Source: Vicinamibacteria bacterium
Lineage (GTDB): Bacteria; Acidobacteriota; Vicinamibacteria; Marinacidobacterales; Marinacidobacteraceae
Direction: 5' to 3'
Assembly (NCBI GenBank): GCA_963668695.2
Contig: CAXXLQ010000004.1
Span: forward strand, 2,848,001-2,912,000
Length of the DNA stretch: 64,000 nt
Shown here: piece by piece, positions 1-9,546 of the stretch
Layout of the letters: every line of letters begins with the position of its first letter
Numbering within the stretch: position 1 is the stretch's first letter
Translations under genes and position numbers: made by a program
Notes under the pieces: model-generated
What the model saw: the letters and a program-made list of their open reading frames with translations, nothing else
What the model was told of the DNA's origin: nothing
The model's database searches: none

Positions 1-827
1 CCGAACATTCGGCGGGTGTGGAACATGCCGTCGAGGAGGGAAGCCGGGCCCGCCAGAATGGCCCCGGAAGCTGCGTTGAAGTACTTGTAGAGCGACACGT
101 AGACGGTGTCGAACGGGCGGGCCAACTCGGCGACGTCCATCCCGGAATAGGCGCTTTGCAGAAACATGCGCGCGCCGTCCAGGTGCAGCCGGATGCCTTC
201 CCGGCGGGCAAACGCGGTGATCCGATCGAGTTCCCGCTGGTCGAACGTTTCCCCTGAGCGCCGCCGGACCGGCGTTTCTATCGAGATCACCGAGACCGGT
301 CTCGAGACGCGCCCGCCACGAGTGCGGTCCACGATCTCCTCGACCTGTTCGAGGGTGAAGGTTGCCTTTCCGGGGGCCAGCGGAATCAGCGGGATCGCAC
401 TCAGCGTCTGCACGCAGTCCCCGGAGTCGTTGTAGAGGTGAGCCTCGGCCTGGATGATCGCCCGCCCGCCGCCGGCTCCGGCGAGGGCGCGCACCGCGAG
501 ATGATTGGCCAGCGTCCCCGTCGGCATGAAGACCGCGCGTTCCTTCCCCAGGATCGCCGCGAACTGCTCCTCCAGAGCCTGGACCGTGCCGCCGTTGGAA
601 TAGGAATCGCGATGGATCCGGCCTTCGTCCGCCATCCGCGCCAGGAGGTGTCCCTGCTCGGAGGGAGTCAAACCGAGCCCGTCTCCCATCATGCGCACCC
701 GTCTGGATTCGGAAGCAAGGGCGGACAGCGAGGCGGGGCCACCCGCAGCCGCCGCGGGTCCGAAGAGGCCCGCGCCGAGTCCGAGGGATCCGGCCTGAAG
801 GAAGCGTCGTCTGGGAAAGTTGTTCAT
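1..827 (-). CDS. Low-specificity threonine aldolase / beta-eliminating lyase family PLP enzyme with Tat signal (3' end outside window)
   Basis: Manual translation from ATG at 827: MNNFPRRRFLQAG (twin-arginine), then FMPTGTLAN, EAHLYNDSGD, LHLDGAR and VSLYKYF (PLP lysine). GAGGA RBS upstream. Absent from the ORF track because it runs off the edge. Confidence 0.85.
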   Translation of the reverse strand, partial: MNNFPRRRFLQAGSLGLGAGLFGPAAAAGGPASLSALASESRRVRMMGDGLGLTPSEQGHLLARMADEGRIHRDSYSNGGTVQALEEQFAAILGKERAVFMPTGTLANHLAVRALAGAGGGRAIIQAEAHLYNDSGDCVQTLSAIPLIPLAPGKATFTLEQVEEIVDRTRGGRVSRPVSVISIETPVRRRSGETFDQRELDRITAFARREGIRLHLDGARMFLQSAYSGMDVAELARPFDTVYVSLYKYFNAASGAILAGPASLLDGMFHTRRMF

Positions 828-1023
828 GGCGTCCTCACTCTGTGGGCTCCTGGCTGCCGGTTGAGCTGCCGCGCCCGGATTCGCTTCCGGGGCCGGTTCT
901 AGATCTGTTTCGATGGGAGCCGAGGTTGCTGAACCAGCGTATCCGGCTCGGTCCAGCCCGGCAACTTCGGTCCGGACCGCAGGGCCGTGAGACGACCCCA
1001 CCGTACGCGGTTCGAAAACTAAA

Positions 1024-1179
1024 GGCAGCGAACTTGGTTCGCTGCCCGCCAGCTCGGGGGGAAAGTGTGAAAGGGGGAACTCCCCCTTTCACAAGAAAAC
1101 AACGACCAATCGGAACTCGCCGCCGCGCGCCGCAGGCGCGCAAGGGAGTTTCGATTGCCGGCGCGCAGCGCCGGGCGGA
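1024..1179. repeat. Structured intergenic repeat, family B copy 1 (multi-hairpin; REP-like or ncRNA-like)
   Basis: Hairpins GGCAGCGAAC/GTTCGCTGCC, GTGAAAGGGGGA/TCCCCCTTTCAC and CCGGCGC/GCGCCGG. A colinear diverged copy lies at 26328-26479. Confidence 0.8.
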
Positions 1180-1259
1180 CCTTGGACGGGGCCCGAACGT
1201 ATTTAGTCCCATGGCGAATCCAGGTCAGCCGCGGTGGCCCCGTCCAGGGTCCGCTCGAC

Positions 1260-2681
1260 CTAGCGTTCGGGTTTCAGCAAGGCTCGGAAGGCTGGAGGAA
1301 CGTTCATTCCGAGGGTTTCCGCTTTGGCCAAGTGGTTCCTGGCCTCGGCGGTACGACCTCGCTGGCGCGCCACATCCGCAAGCAGGAAATGGAGGCCGGC
1401 GCGTTGGCCGGCGGCCGCCTCGTCTTTCTCGGCGGCTGCCAATGCCCGATCCAGGGTTTCCGCCGCCTCGCTGAGCCGGCCCAGGGTTGCGAGCAACTGG
1501 CCGAGACCCTGCAGGGCTCCAGGGTGATCGGGTTCCTGGGCCAGCGCCAAGCGCAGGTAACGTTCCGCCTGCCGAAGATCGCCGCGCTGGAAGTGGAGGC
1601 TCGAGGCCCCGAGGAGCGTCGGGACGTGAGTCGAGTCGGCGGCGACCGAACGACGGTAGAGATCGTCGGCCTCCCGGTCGCGTCCGCTCCGTGCCAACAG
1701 GTTGGCCAGGTTAGCCATCGCCGCGCTCGAATCCGGGTCGCGCCCAAGGGCCTCGCGGTAAGCGGCTTCGGCGTCGTCGTTGCGGCCGAGCCGGGCGAGC
1801 GAGTTGCCGTGGTTGTAGTGCAGCTCCGCGCTGTCCGGACTCTCGGTGAGCAGGCGCCGATAGATGGCTTCGGCGGTCTGATGATCGCCGGCGGCGCTCG
1901 CGCGCCGGGCCCGGGCCTCCTGTCCCCGGCTGTCGGCCCGCAGATCCTCGACAGCGACGAGAAGGGGGTCTTGGTCCGCGGTGATCCCGAGGGACAGCGA
2001 GCGGGAGGCGGCCCGGGCGCGGGCGGCGGCATTCGCCGCAGCCTGGGGGTCCCCGAGGCGTCTTTCGATCTGGGACAGGAAGGACCACCCCGCGGCGGAA
2101 GACGGGACGCGGTCCACGACGAGTTCGAGTGCGGCGCGGGCACCCGTCAAATCGCCGTCCGCGATTCGACGTCGTCCAAGGGCGAGAGACGCCTCCGCGG
2201 AGTTCGGGGCGTTTTGCCGTAACGCCTCCCAGCCGGCTCCCGCCGCCTCGTCCTGGCCAGTCGCCTCCAGCGTTCGCGCGCTGAGAGCAAGGGACGGGGA
2301 AAAACGGGGATTCCGGCGGAGCGCCTCGCCGGCGAGTTCGAGGGCCCGAGCCGGGTCGGCGCCCTCCAGCAGCCGGCCGTGGAGGTGCGGCCAGCGGTGG
2401 TCGGCACCGCCGAGGCGCGCAGCCTCGGCGTAGGCAACCGCCGCCGGTCCGGTGAGACGATGGGCATGGAGGACCATCCCGAAACGGCCCCAAGCCGAAG
2501 AATCCCCCCGGTCCCGCTCAACCGCCGCCCGGGCGCGCCGGACGGCCTCGACAACGGAGGGCTCCATGCCGTCCGGGGAGACTTCGGGGATCTCGGCTCC
2601 CCCGCAGGCAGCCAGGAGCGCCAACAGCGGCCCCAGGAAACGACCCCCGCCGGCAGCGGTGGGGGCCGACGCCTCATTCAC
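1260..2681 (-). CDS. Tetratricopeptide repeat lipoprotein
   Basis: Lipobox LLAAC; repeated TPR patterns (HYNHGNSLARLGR, MANLANLLARSGR, LQGLGQLLATLGR); overlaps the end of the upstream CRTAC1 gene. Confidence 0.85.
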   Translation of the reverse strand: MNEASAPTAAGGGRFLGPLLALLAACGGAEIPEVSPDGMEPSVVEAVRRARAAVERDRGDSSAWGRFGMVLHAHRLTGPAAVAYAEAARLGGADHRWPHLHGRLLEGADPARALELAGEALRRNPRFSPSLALSARTLEATGQDEAAGAGWEALRQNAPNSAEASLALGRRRIADGDLTGARAALELVVDRVPSSAAGWSFLSQIERRLGDPQAAANAAARARAASRSLSLGITADQDPLLVAVEDLRADSRGQEARARRASAAGDHQTAEAIYRRLLTESPDSAELHYNHGNSLARLGRNDDAEAAYREALGRDPDSSAAMANLANLLARSGRDREADDLYRRSVAADSTHVPTLLGASSLHFQRGDLRQAERYLRLALAQEPDHPGALQGLGQLLATLGRLSEAAETLDRALAAAEKDEAAAGQRAGLHFLLADVARQRGRTAEARNHLAKAETLGMNVPPAFRALLKPER

Positions 2682-4290
2682 CGGGACTACCCTCGCCCCG
2701 AACCACGACCACCGCCTGGTCGAGGGCCGGTACCCGGAACACTTCCCGCGAGCCGTCCGACCAATGCACGCTCAGGCTCTGGAGCACGGTTGTGTCCGGA
2801 ATTCCGAAGTGGGCTCGCGGATCGCCGGAAGAGAGATACGAGACGCCCGGGTTCGCCCGCGCGATCCGGACCCCCGCCGCGGTCTGAAGGGCGACGGTGG
2901 CGCCGTGGTCGAGGGTGCCCGCCGGCAGCCGGGGTTCCACCATCAACCAGGCCCCCTCCCCGGCAGAGCGGTTCTCGAAAATCCGGGCGCGGCCGTCCGC
3001 GGCGGTAATCACCAGGTCGAGGTCGCCGTCCGCGTCCAGATCCCCGGCCGCCAGGCCGCGGCCGACAACGGGGATCTGGCTGAGTTCGGGCGACAGTGCC
3101 CCGGCGTCTCGGAAGCGGTCTCCGTCGCCGCGGAGGACCAGGGCAGGCTCCGCGTATTGCTCGAAGAACGGAGAACGTGGAGATTCCCCGGGGGGGCGGG
3201 CTACCCGTCCGTTGGCGATCACCGCATCGAGGATCCCGTCGTGGTCGAAATCTCCCAGGGCGACTCCGAACCCGGTCATGCGGAGGCCGAGCGTCCCGAG
3301 TCCGAGGTCGATCGAGCCGTCCACGAAGCCGATTCCCGGTTCCGCGAGATAGACGGTATTCGTCTCCTCGGCGAAGTGCGTGAGCAGGATGTCGAGGACG
3401 CCGTCGCCGCTTAGATCCCCTATCTCCACTCCCATCCCGGCTTCCGGGCGGCCGAAACCGCTGAGCGCGGCGCCCAATAGCAGCGCCTCTTCCCCGAAGG
3501 TCCCGTCGCCCTGGTTCACCCACAGGTGATTCGCCTCGGTGTCGTTCGCCACGTAGAAGTCCGGCCGTCCGTCGCCCGTGAAGTCCTGGCAAACGACTCC
3601 CAGGCCCCTGGCCGGCAGAGCCGCGATCCCGGTCTCGCTCCCGACTTCCACGAACGTGCCGTCGCCACGGTTGCGGTAGAGAAGATCCGGTAAGCCGGGT
3701 ATATCGGTCGGGTTGCAGTAGTCCTGCTCACCGGTGGCCGCGAAGCATGAGAAGCCCGGGTCGTAGTCCAGGTAGCGGGTCACGAAGAGGTCGAGGCTCC
3801 CATCCGCGTCGTAGTCGCAAAAGGTCGCGGATGCCGACCAACCTTGGTCCCAGGGTCCTCCGTCGGACACCTGGAAACCATCCGGGCCGGAGTTGAGCAG
3901 AAGGACGTCTCGCCCGAATCCGGTGCGAAAGAGGTCCAGATCTCCATCCCCGTCGACGTCTCCGGCCGCGACCCCCATGCCGTAAGCGCGGGTGGCCGGG
4001 ATTCCCGGGGCGTCGCCAAACCGGATTCCCGGACCGCGGTTCTCGAAGAGCCGGTCCTCGCCCTCACCCTGGACGAGATAGAGGTCCAGATCGCCGTCAC
4101 CGTCCTGGTCGAAGAGCGCGACTCCCGAACCCATGATTTCGGGCATGAAGTAGTCCGGGCGGCCGTCACCGGTGCTACCGGGGTGGTGGATGAATTCGGC
4201 GCCCGAATCGGAGGTTACGTCGGTGAAGCGCGGCTGCCCCGCGCCCGACGCGACGGCGACCGCGAGGCCCCCCGCGGCGACCATCCGCAA
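2674..4290 (-). CDS. CRTAC1 / ASPIC-UnbV family FG-GAP repeat protein
   Basis: Multiple DxDGDGDLD Ca-binding repeats, GMGV, YVAND, C-terminal SYLSSGDPRAHFG (ASPIC/UnbV). Confidence 0.9.
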   Translation of the reverse strand: MRMVAAGGLAVAVASGAGQPRFTDVTSDSGAEFIHHPGSTGDGRPDYFMPEIMGSGVALFDQDGDGDLDLYLVQGEGEDRLFENRGPGIRFGDAPGIPATRAYGMGVAAGDVDGDGDLDLFRTGFGRDVLLLNSGPDGFQVSDGGPWDQGWSASATFCDYDADGSLDLFVTRYLDYDPGFSCFAATGEQDYCNPTDIPGLPDLLYRNRGDGTFVEVGSETGIAALPARGLGVVCQDFTGDGRPDFYVANDTEANHLWVNQGDGTFGEEALLLGAALSGFGRPEAGMGVEIGDLSGDGVLDILLTHFAEETNTVYLAEPGIGFVDGSIDLGLGTLGLRMTGFGVALGDFDHDGILDAVIANGRVARPPGESPRSPFFEQYAEPALVLRGDGDRFRDAGALSPELSQIPVVGRGLAAGDLDADGDLDLVITAADGRARIFENRSAGEGAWLMVEPRLPAGTLDHGATVALQTAAGVRIARANPGVSYLSSGDPRAHFGIPDTTVLQSLSVHWSDGSREVFRVPALDQAVVVVRGEGSPGE

Positions 4291-4292
4291 GA

Positions 4293-5579
4293 TCAGCGGC
4301 GCAGTACCGATCGCGGGCCGATATCCCCAAGGCTCGGGGTCCCGGCGAGCTGCATGGCGAGTTTCAGCTCGGCCCGCAGAATCCGAAGCACGGCCTCGAC
4401 TCCCGCTTCCCCGAAGGCCGCGAGCCCCCAGAGGTAAGCGCGACCAATCAGGATGGCGTCGGCGCCGAGAGCCAGGGCCTTGAAAATGTCCACCCCGCGA
4501 CGGATCCCGCTGTCCATGATCACCGGGATTCGACCCGCAATCGCTCCCGCTACCTCGGGCAGACTGTCGATGGTGCCGATCCCGCTCTCCTCGGCGCGCC
4601 CACCGTGGTTCGAAACCACGATCCCGTCCACGCCGTGCTCCAGGCAGAGCTCGGCGTCTTCCGCGGTGACGATTCCCTTGAGCAGGATCTTCATGCTCGT
4701 GGCGTCACGGAGCCGCTTGACCACATCCCAGGTAAGCGAGGCATCGTTGAGCCCGGCGAAACGACTTCGTCCGTTCGCGTCTTCCACCTCGATCCCGTCG
4801 AACATGCTCTTCCGGGAGACATAGTTGGCGAAACCCGGGACATGGCAGATCTCGCATTCGCGCGGGTCGAGCCGGGCCGAGAGCGCCGTGGTGATCCGGT
4901 TGCTTCCGGCGGGGAGGTCCACCGTCAGCACTACAGCGGGACAACCCGCCGCCTCCGCGCGACCGACGAGCTGCTTGGTCACCTCGAAGGAAGTGGTCGG
5001 ATAGAGCTGGTACCAGACGGGCTCACCGCGCGCTTCGTTCACCTCTTCGACGCCGGAGGTAGTCACCGTGGAGAGCAGTTGGAGGTGGTCCACCGTCCGC
5101 GCGGCCCGCGCCACCGCGACCTCCCCCTCCGGGTGAAAGGCCTTCTGGCTTCCGCACGGCGCGATGCCGATGGGGGAGGTCCATTGCCGGCCAAAGAGTT
5201 CCACCGACATGTCCGGGTCCGATACGTCCACGAGCCGGCGCGCCCGGATGCCGACGTTCTCGAGAGCCCGCCGGTTGGCGGCGAGGGTTCCCTCGCCGTC
5301 CACGCCGGTGGCGATGTAGCCATAGTGCGCGGGAGGGAGGTTCTGCTCCGCGACCACCCGGAAGTCGAACACATCGACAGCTTCTTCCGGGGAACCGACA
5401 GGCATCCGGGGGAATTGGCTGTAGCCGAAATGTTCCATGCCGCCAGCATCCGGCGCCCGGGTTTCCTGCCCGCCCGCGGTGCGGGGTTCCCAACATCCCG
5501 AGGAAAACAGCAACGGACTCCCGGCCAGATAGCGCAGGAAGCGGCGACGATTCGGGGTTAGGTCGTTCGGGTCACGCAT
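4293..5579 (-). CDS. FMN-dependent alpha-hydroxy acid oxidase/dehydrogenase with Tat signal
   Basis: WYQLY, LTVD, LLKGI, VSNHGGR, DSGIRRGVD, IGRAYLWGL motifs; N-terminal NRRRFL. Confidence 0.9.
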   Translation of the reverse strand: MRDPNDLTPNRRRFLRYLAGSPLLFSSGCWEPRTAGGQETRAPDAGGMEHFGYSQFPRMPVGSPEEAVDVFDFRVVAEQNLPPAHYGYIATGVDGEGTLAANRRALENVGIRARRLVDVSDPDMSVELFGRQWTSPIGIAPCGSQKAFHPEGEVAVARAARTVDHLQLLSTVTTSGVEEVNEARGEPVWYQLYPTTSFEVTKQLVGRAEAAGCPAVVLTVDLPAGSNRITTALSARLDPRECEICHVPGFANYVSRKSMFDGIEVEDANGRSRFAGLNDASLTWDVVKRLRDATSMKILLKGIVTAEDAELCLEHGVDGIVVSNHGGRAEESGIGTIDSLPEVAGAIAGRIPVIMDSGIRRGVDIFKALALGADAILIGRAYLWGLAAFGEAGVEAVLRILRAELKLAMQLAGTPSLGDIGPRSVLRR

Positions 5580-5822
5580 CGGTTCGCTCCTGAGGCGCCC
5601 GCCATTGTGTCACCCGCCCGCGAGCGGGCTACCACGAGCAGGATGGGCTGCTGATCGGCCCCGCTCCAGGAGCCGGGGAACGGGCCACCCCGGGTCGAGA
5701 GTTTGTGTTGGGGTCGTTTGGATTGTGCAAAGGACGGCACGGTATCATCGAGAATCGACGGCCGGGCAGCGACGCGACCGGGCGGCGAACGAGAGCGTTC
5801 CGAGGACGCGGGGGGAAAACCC

Positions 5823-7202
5823 ATGAACACGGCGATGCGTTTGGCAGCGAGTGAGAATCGGCGCTCAGACGGCGGGCCGCTCTGGAGTCGAAGGTCTCTG
5901 ATGCACTCCAGCTGCGCGGCGGCACTCCTGGCCCCCTGGGCTCGATTCGCGGGCGCGGCCCTTGGGTCGGGTGAAGGCGGATTGTCCGGAGCGGGTTCGG
6001 CGCCGGCTTCCGGCGGCCAGGACCCGGGGCTGGATACCGCGGGCGATGACATCGTCCTCGGGACTTCGGCTGCTTTCACCGGCCCCTCGCGTGGACTCGG
6101 TAACGAGCTGTACCGGGGCGCCATGGCCTACTTCAGCCACCTCAACGAGAGCGGCGGAGTCGGTGGGCGCCGGGTAGCGCTGAAGCTGTATGACGACGGC
6201 TATCAGCCCGACCCATGCGTTCAGAACACCCTGAAGCTGATGCTCGAAGACCAGGTATTCCTGCTGTTCGGCTACGTGGGGACGCCTACCGTGACCCGGG
6301 TCCTCCCCATGCTGAAGAAGTTCCAGCAACAGCAGATCTACATGTTCTTTCCGTTCACCGGCGCCCAACCGCAGCGGGAGCCGCCCTACCGGGATTTCGC
6401 CTTCAATCTGCGCGCGTCCTACCGCCAGGAGACGGCCGGTTTGGTGGAGAATTTTCGCGCCACCGGACGCCGCCGCATCGCGGTCTTCTACCAGGCCGAT
6501 GCCTATGGCCGGAGCGGTTGGGCGGGGGTCCGCGCCGCGCTCGAGAACCACGGCGAGACGATCGCGGGCGAGGCGACCTACCGGCGCGGCGCCCGCTTTA
6601 CCGGCACGATGCGGGCCCAGGTCGAAATCCTGCAAAAGGCGTCCCCGGACGCCGTGATCTGCGTGGGGGCGTACGCCGCCTGCGCCGCCTTCGCGCGGGA
6701 CGCGATTGACCTCGGTCTTCGGGTTCCCATTGCAAACCTTTCGTTCGTCGGCAGCGAGAATCTGGTGAACCTGCTCAGCGAGGGGCGCGACGACCCGGAG
6801 ACCTACACCCGGTGGCTCGTCAACTCGCAGGTGGTGCCGAGTTACGAGGACGAATCGGTGCCGGCGGTGCGGGAATACCGCGAGCTGATGGCGCGTTACA
6901 ACCCCCAGATTCCGGACCAGTTCGCGGATGACCCGTACGACCCGCTGCCCCAGAGCTTCGTCAGCCTGGAAGGATTCGTGAATGCGAAGCTGCTGAGCGA
7001 GATCTTCCGTCGCTTCGAGGGAACGCCGACCCGAGCCGGGCTGGAGGACGCGGTCTTCTCGATCCGCGACTTCGACCTCGGTATCGGCGAACAGGTCTCG
7101 TTCGGGCCCGACCGCCGGCAGGGGCTCCAGCGGGTCTATTACACGGTCGTCGAGGAGGGCCGTTTTGTCCCCTTGACCGATTGGAACGCGCTGCCCGCCT
7201 GA
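5823..7202 (+). CDS. Periplasmic (type 1, Leu/Ile/Val-like) substrate-binding protein
   Basis: GTSAAFTGP, YDDGYQP, GYVGTPT, FPFTGA, NLRASY motifs; SRRSL Tat-like leader. Start placed at ATG 5823 after GGGGG. Confidence 0.85.
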   Translation: MNTAMRLAASENRRSDGGPLWSRRSLMHSSCAAALLAPWARFAGAALGSGEGGLSGAGSAPASGGQDPGLDTAGDDIVLGTSAAFTGPSRGLGNELYRGAMAYFSHLNESGGVGGRRVALKLYDDGYQPDPCVQNTLKLMLEDQVFLLFGYVGTPTVTRVLPMLKKFQQQQIYMFFPFTGAQPQREPPYRDFAFNLRASYRQETAGLVENFRATGRRRIAVFYQADAYGRSGWAGVRAALENHGETIAGEATYRRGARFTGTMRAQVEILQKASPDAVICVGAYAACAAFARDAIDLGLRVPIANLSFVGSENLVNLLSEGRDDPETYTRWLVNSQVVPSYEDESVPAVREYRELMARYNPQIPDQFADDPYDPLPQSFVSLEGFVNAKLLSEIFRRFEGTPTRAGLEDAVFSIRDFDLGIGEQVSFGPDRRQGLQRVYYTVVEEGRFVPLTDWNALPA

Positions 7203-7203
7203 C

Positions 7204-7969
7204 ATGAGAGTTCACAAGCTGTTCCAGCGGATGCGGTTCGGCATCTTCGCGCTCTTCGGATTGATCGTCCTTTCCACCTCCCTGCTCTGCATCCGGACAG
7301 TGGATACCGAACTCTCCGCGGAATACGCTGCCAACAGCCAGAGCATCGCCAAGACCATCGCCGATGCCAGCGTGGACATCCTCCTGAACCGGAACCTGGC
7401 GACGCTGCAATCGCTGATTGACCAGTTCGTCGAGGTTCAGGGGATCCGCTACATCTACATTACGGACGAGCAGGGCGAGTTCCTCGCGCACACTTTCGTA
7501 CCCGGAATTCCGGAGCAGATCCTGGAAAGCGATCCCTTCCGGACGGAGCCGGTCGAGCGCAGTCTGCCGGGCATGGGCGATTTCATCGAGGTCGGCAGTC
7601 CCATCCTGGCCGGGGTGGCGGGGACGGTTCATCTGGGGATGGATCTGGATCTGGTGGCCGCTCAAGATCCAGCGGGCGATCGGGCAACAGATCTATCTGA
7701 TCTCCATCCTTCTGGTGCTAGGTATCCTGGCGTCCATCTGGCTGGTGAACCTCGTCGCGCGCCCCCTGGCCGAGCTCCTCGCCTATGCGGTGGAAACCGC
7801 CAGGCGCCCCCCGGAACAAAGAGCCCACGCGATTGCCAAAGAGGAATTGCTGGCGCGTGACGACGAGGTCGGGCAGTTGGCGCGTCTGATCCTGTACCTC
7901 TCACAGACCCGGCCGCCCTCCGGGCCCGAGGCGCTGCCCGGCTCCCCGGAGGCGCGCCCGGCGGCGTGA
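7204..7969 (+). pseudogene. Membrane sensor-like protein (TM - periplasmic domain - TM - HAMP-like), frameshifted near 7660
   Basis: ORF 7204 reads sensibly to GMDLDLVA. The next frame continues LKIQRAIGQQIYLISILLVLG...ARPLAEL...RDDEVGQLA (TM + HAMP). One extra base near 7660, real or sequencing error. Confidence 0.7.
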
Positions 7970-8020
7970 CGGTCGAGGGAGGAGCTGGCCGGGACCGCAT
8001 CGTGATGGGCGGTCGGCCCT

Positions 8021-8205
8021 TAGCAGCCTGTGGACAAAGTCTCGCGGCGTTCGAGCGGCGATCCATCCCGGCTGAAACACTCCGCTTCGCGTCGTTCATC
8101 GTTGCGCTTCGGTCGAAATACACCCGGTATTCCTCCCTCGCGCGCCTTGTCAGCCGGGCGCCTCACCGCTCTCGGCGCTCACGACACTTTATCCACAGGC
8201 TACTA
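8021..8205 (+). mobile_element. MITE-like element, family A (185 bp, basic form)
   Basis: TA|GCAGCCTGTGGA ... TCCACAGGCTAC|TA terminal inverted repeats; interior shared with copies at 16344, 19132, 35954, 45970 and 60115. Confidence 0.8.
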
Positions 8206-8216
8206 GGGAGCGTCGG

Positions 8217-9532
8217 GTGATCCAGCCTTCGCCCCGCGTCGCCCGGATCCTGGCAGTCACTGTCTGTACGGTGCTGCAACTGTGTTTCGGGACGGTGTAT
8301 GCCTGGAGTTTCTTCCAGACGCTGCTCGTCCGGCAGTCCGGTTGGACCTTCACCGAGACGGCCTGGGCATTCAGCCTCGCGATCTTCTCGCTTGGCGTGT
8401 CGGCGGCGTGGGCCGGGCAGGTATTGCCGAGGATCGGGCCCAGAAAGCTCGCGCTGGCGGGAAGCCTTCTGTTCTGCGGCGGATATGTGATCGCCGGGGT
8501 GGCCCTGCAACTCGATCACGTGCCGCTCTTTTGTCTCGGTTACGGCGTGGTCGGCGGAATCGGGATCGGGATGGGTTACGTGACCCCGGTCGCTACGGTC
8601 GCGAAGTGGTTCCCCGACAAGAAGGGGCTGGCGACCGGCATCGTGGTCATGGGTTTCGGAGTGGGTGCGCTCTTGCTGAGCAAGGGTCTGGCGCCGGTGC
8701 TGGTGGTTCAGGCGGCCGGCGATCTACCGCTGGTGTTCTTCGGGCTCGGCGCGGTCTTCGCGGTCATCCTGATTCCCGCGAGCCTCCTGATGAGCAATCC
8801 GCCCCCGGCGCCGGAAGCCTCGGGTTCGGCAGGAGGCGAGCGGCGCGGAGCTCCCGAGGAAGAAACGGTCAGGACCTACCTGAAGACCGGTCAGTTCCTG
8901 CTTCTCTGGATTGTCTTCTTCTTCAACATTGCGGCGGGAATTTCGATCATCAGCTTCCAGTCGGAGTTGCTCCAGGAAGTCTGGACCTTGGCCGACCCGT
9001 CGCTGGAACCGGCGGTGCTCGCCCAGTACGGAGCGACCCTGATCGCGGTGAGCTCGTTGTTCAACGGCGTGGGGCGTTTGTTCTGGGGACTCCTCTCGGA
9101 CCGGATCGGCCGGGTGAACGTCTTCCGGATTCTGCTCGCCACCCAGATGGTCGTGTTCGGAGTCCTCATGACCGAGACGAACCCCTGGATTTTCTCGATC
9201 CTCATCTGCTACGTCCTGCTCTGTTTCGGCGGCGGGTTCGCCACCATGCCACCCTTCATTCTGGACGTTTTCGGCGCCCGGAAGATGTCCGCCATGTACG
9301 GGGCGGTCCTGACCGCCTGGGCCGCGGCGGGAATCGCCGGTCCCTTGTATGTGGGTTATCTGAAGGACGTGTATCCCGACCGGGCGGTCATGTACTGCTC
9401 ATCGGGATCCTGATGCTCGGCGGGGGCTACCTCTTCTCGTACCTGCTGAACGACGAGCGGATTCGCCTGAGCAAGCCCACTCTGGAGGGCACGCTTCGGG
9501 AGTTCGGGATCGCGGCCCCCAAGAGCTCGTAG
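8217..9532 (+). CDS. OFA (oxalate/formate antiporter) family MFS transporter, frameshift near 9398
   Basis: GTVYAWS, AKWFPDKKGLATGIVVMGFG, NGVGRLFWGLLSDRIGR. The last helix LIGILMLGGGYLFSYLL is in another frame ending at TAG 9532. Confidence 0.85.
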
Positions 9533-9546
9533 CGGCGCTCCGCCCT

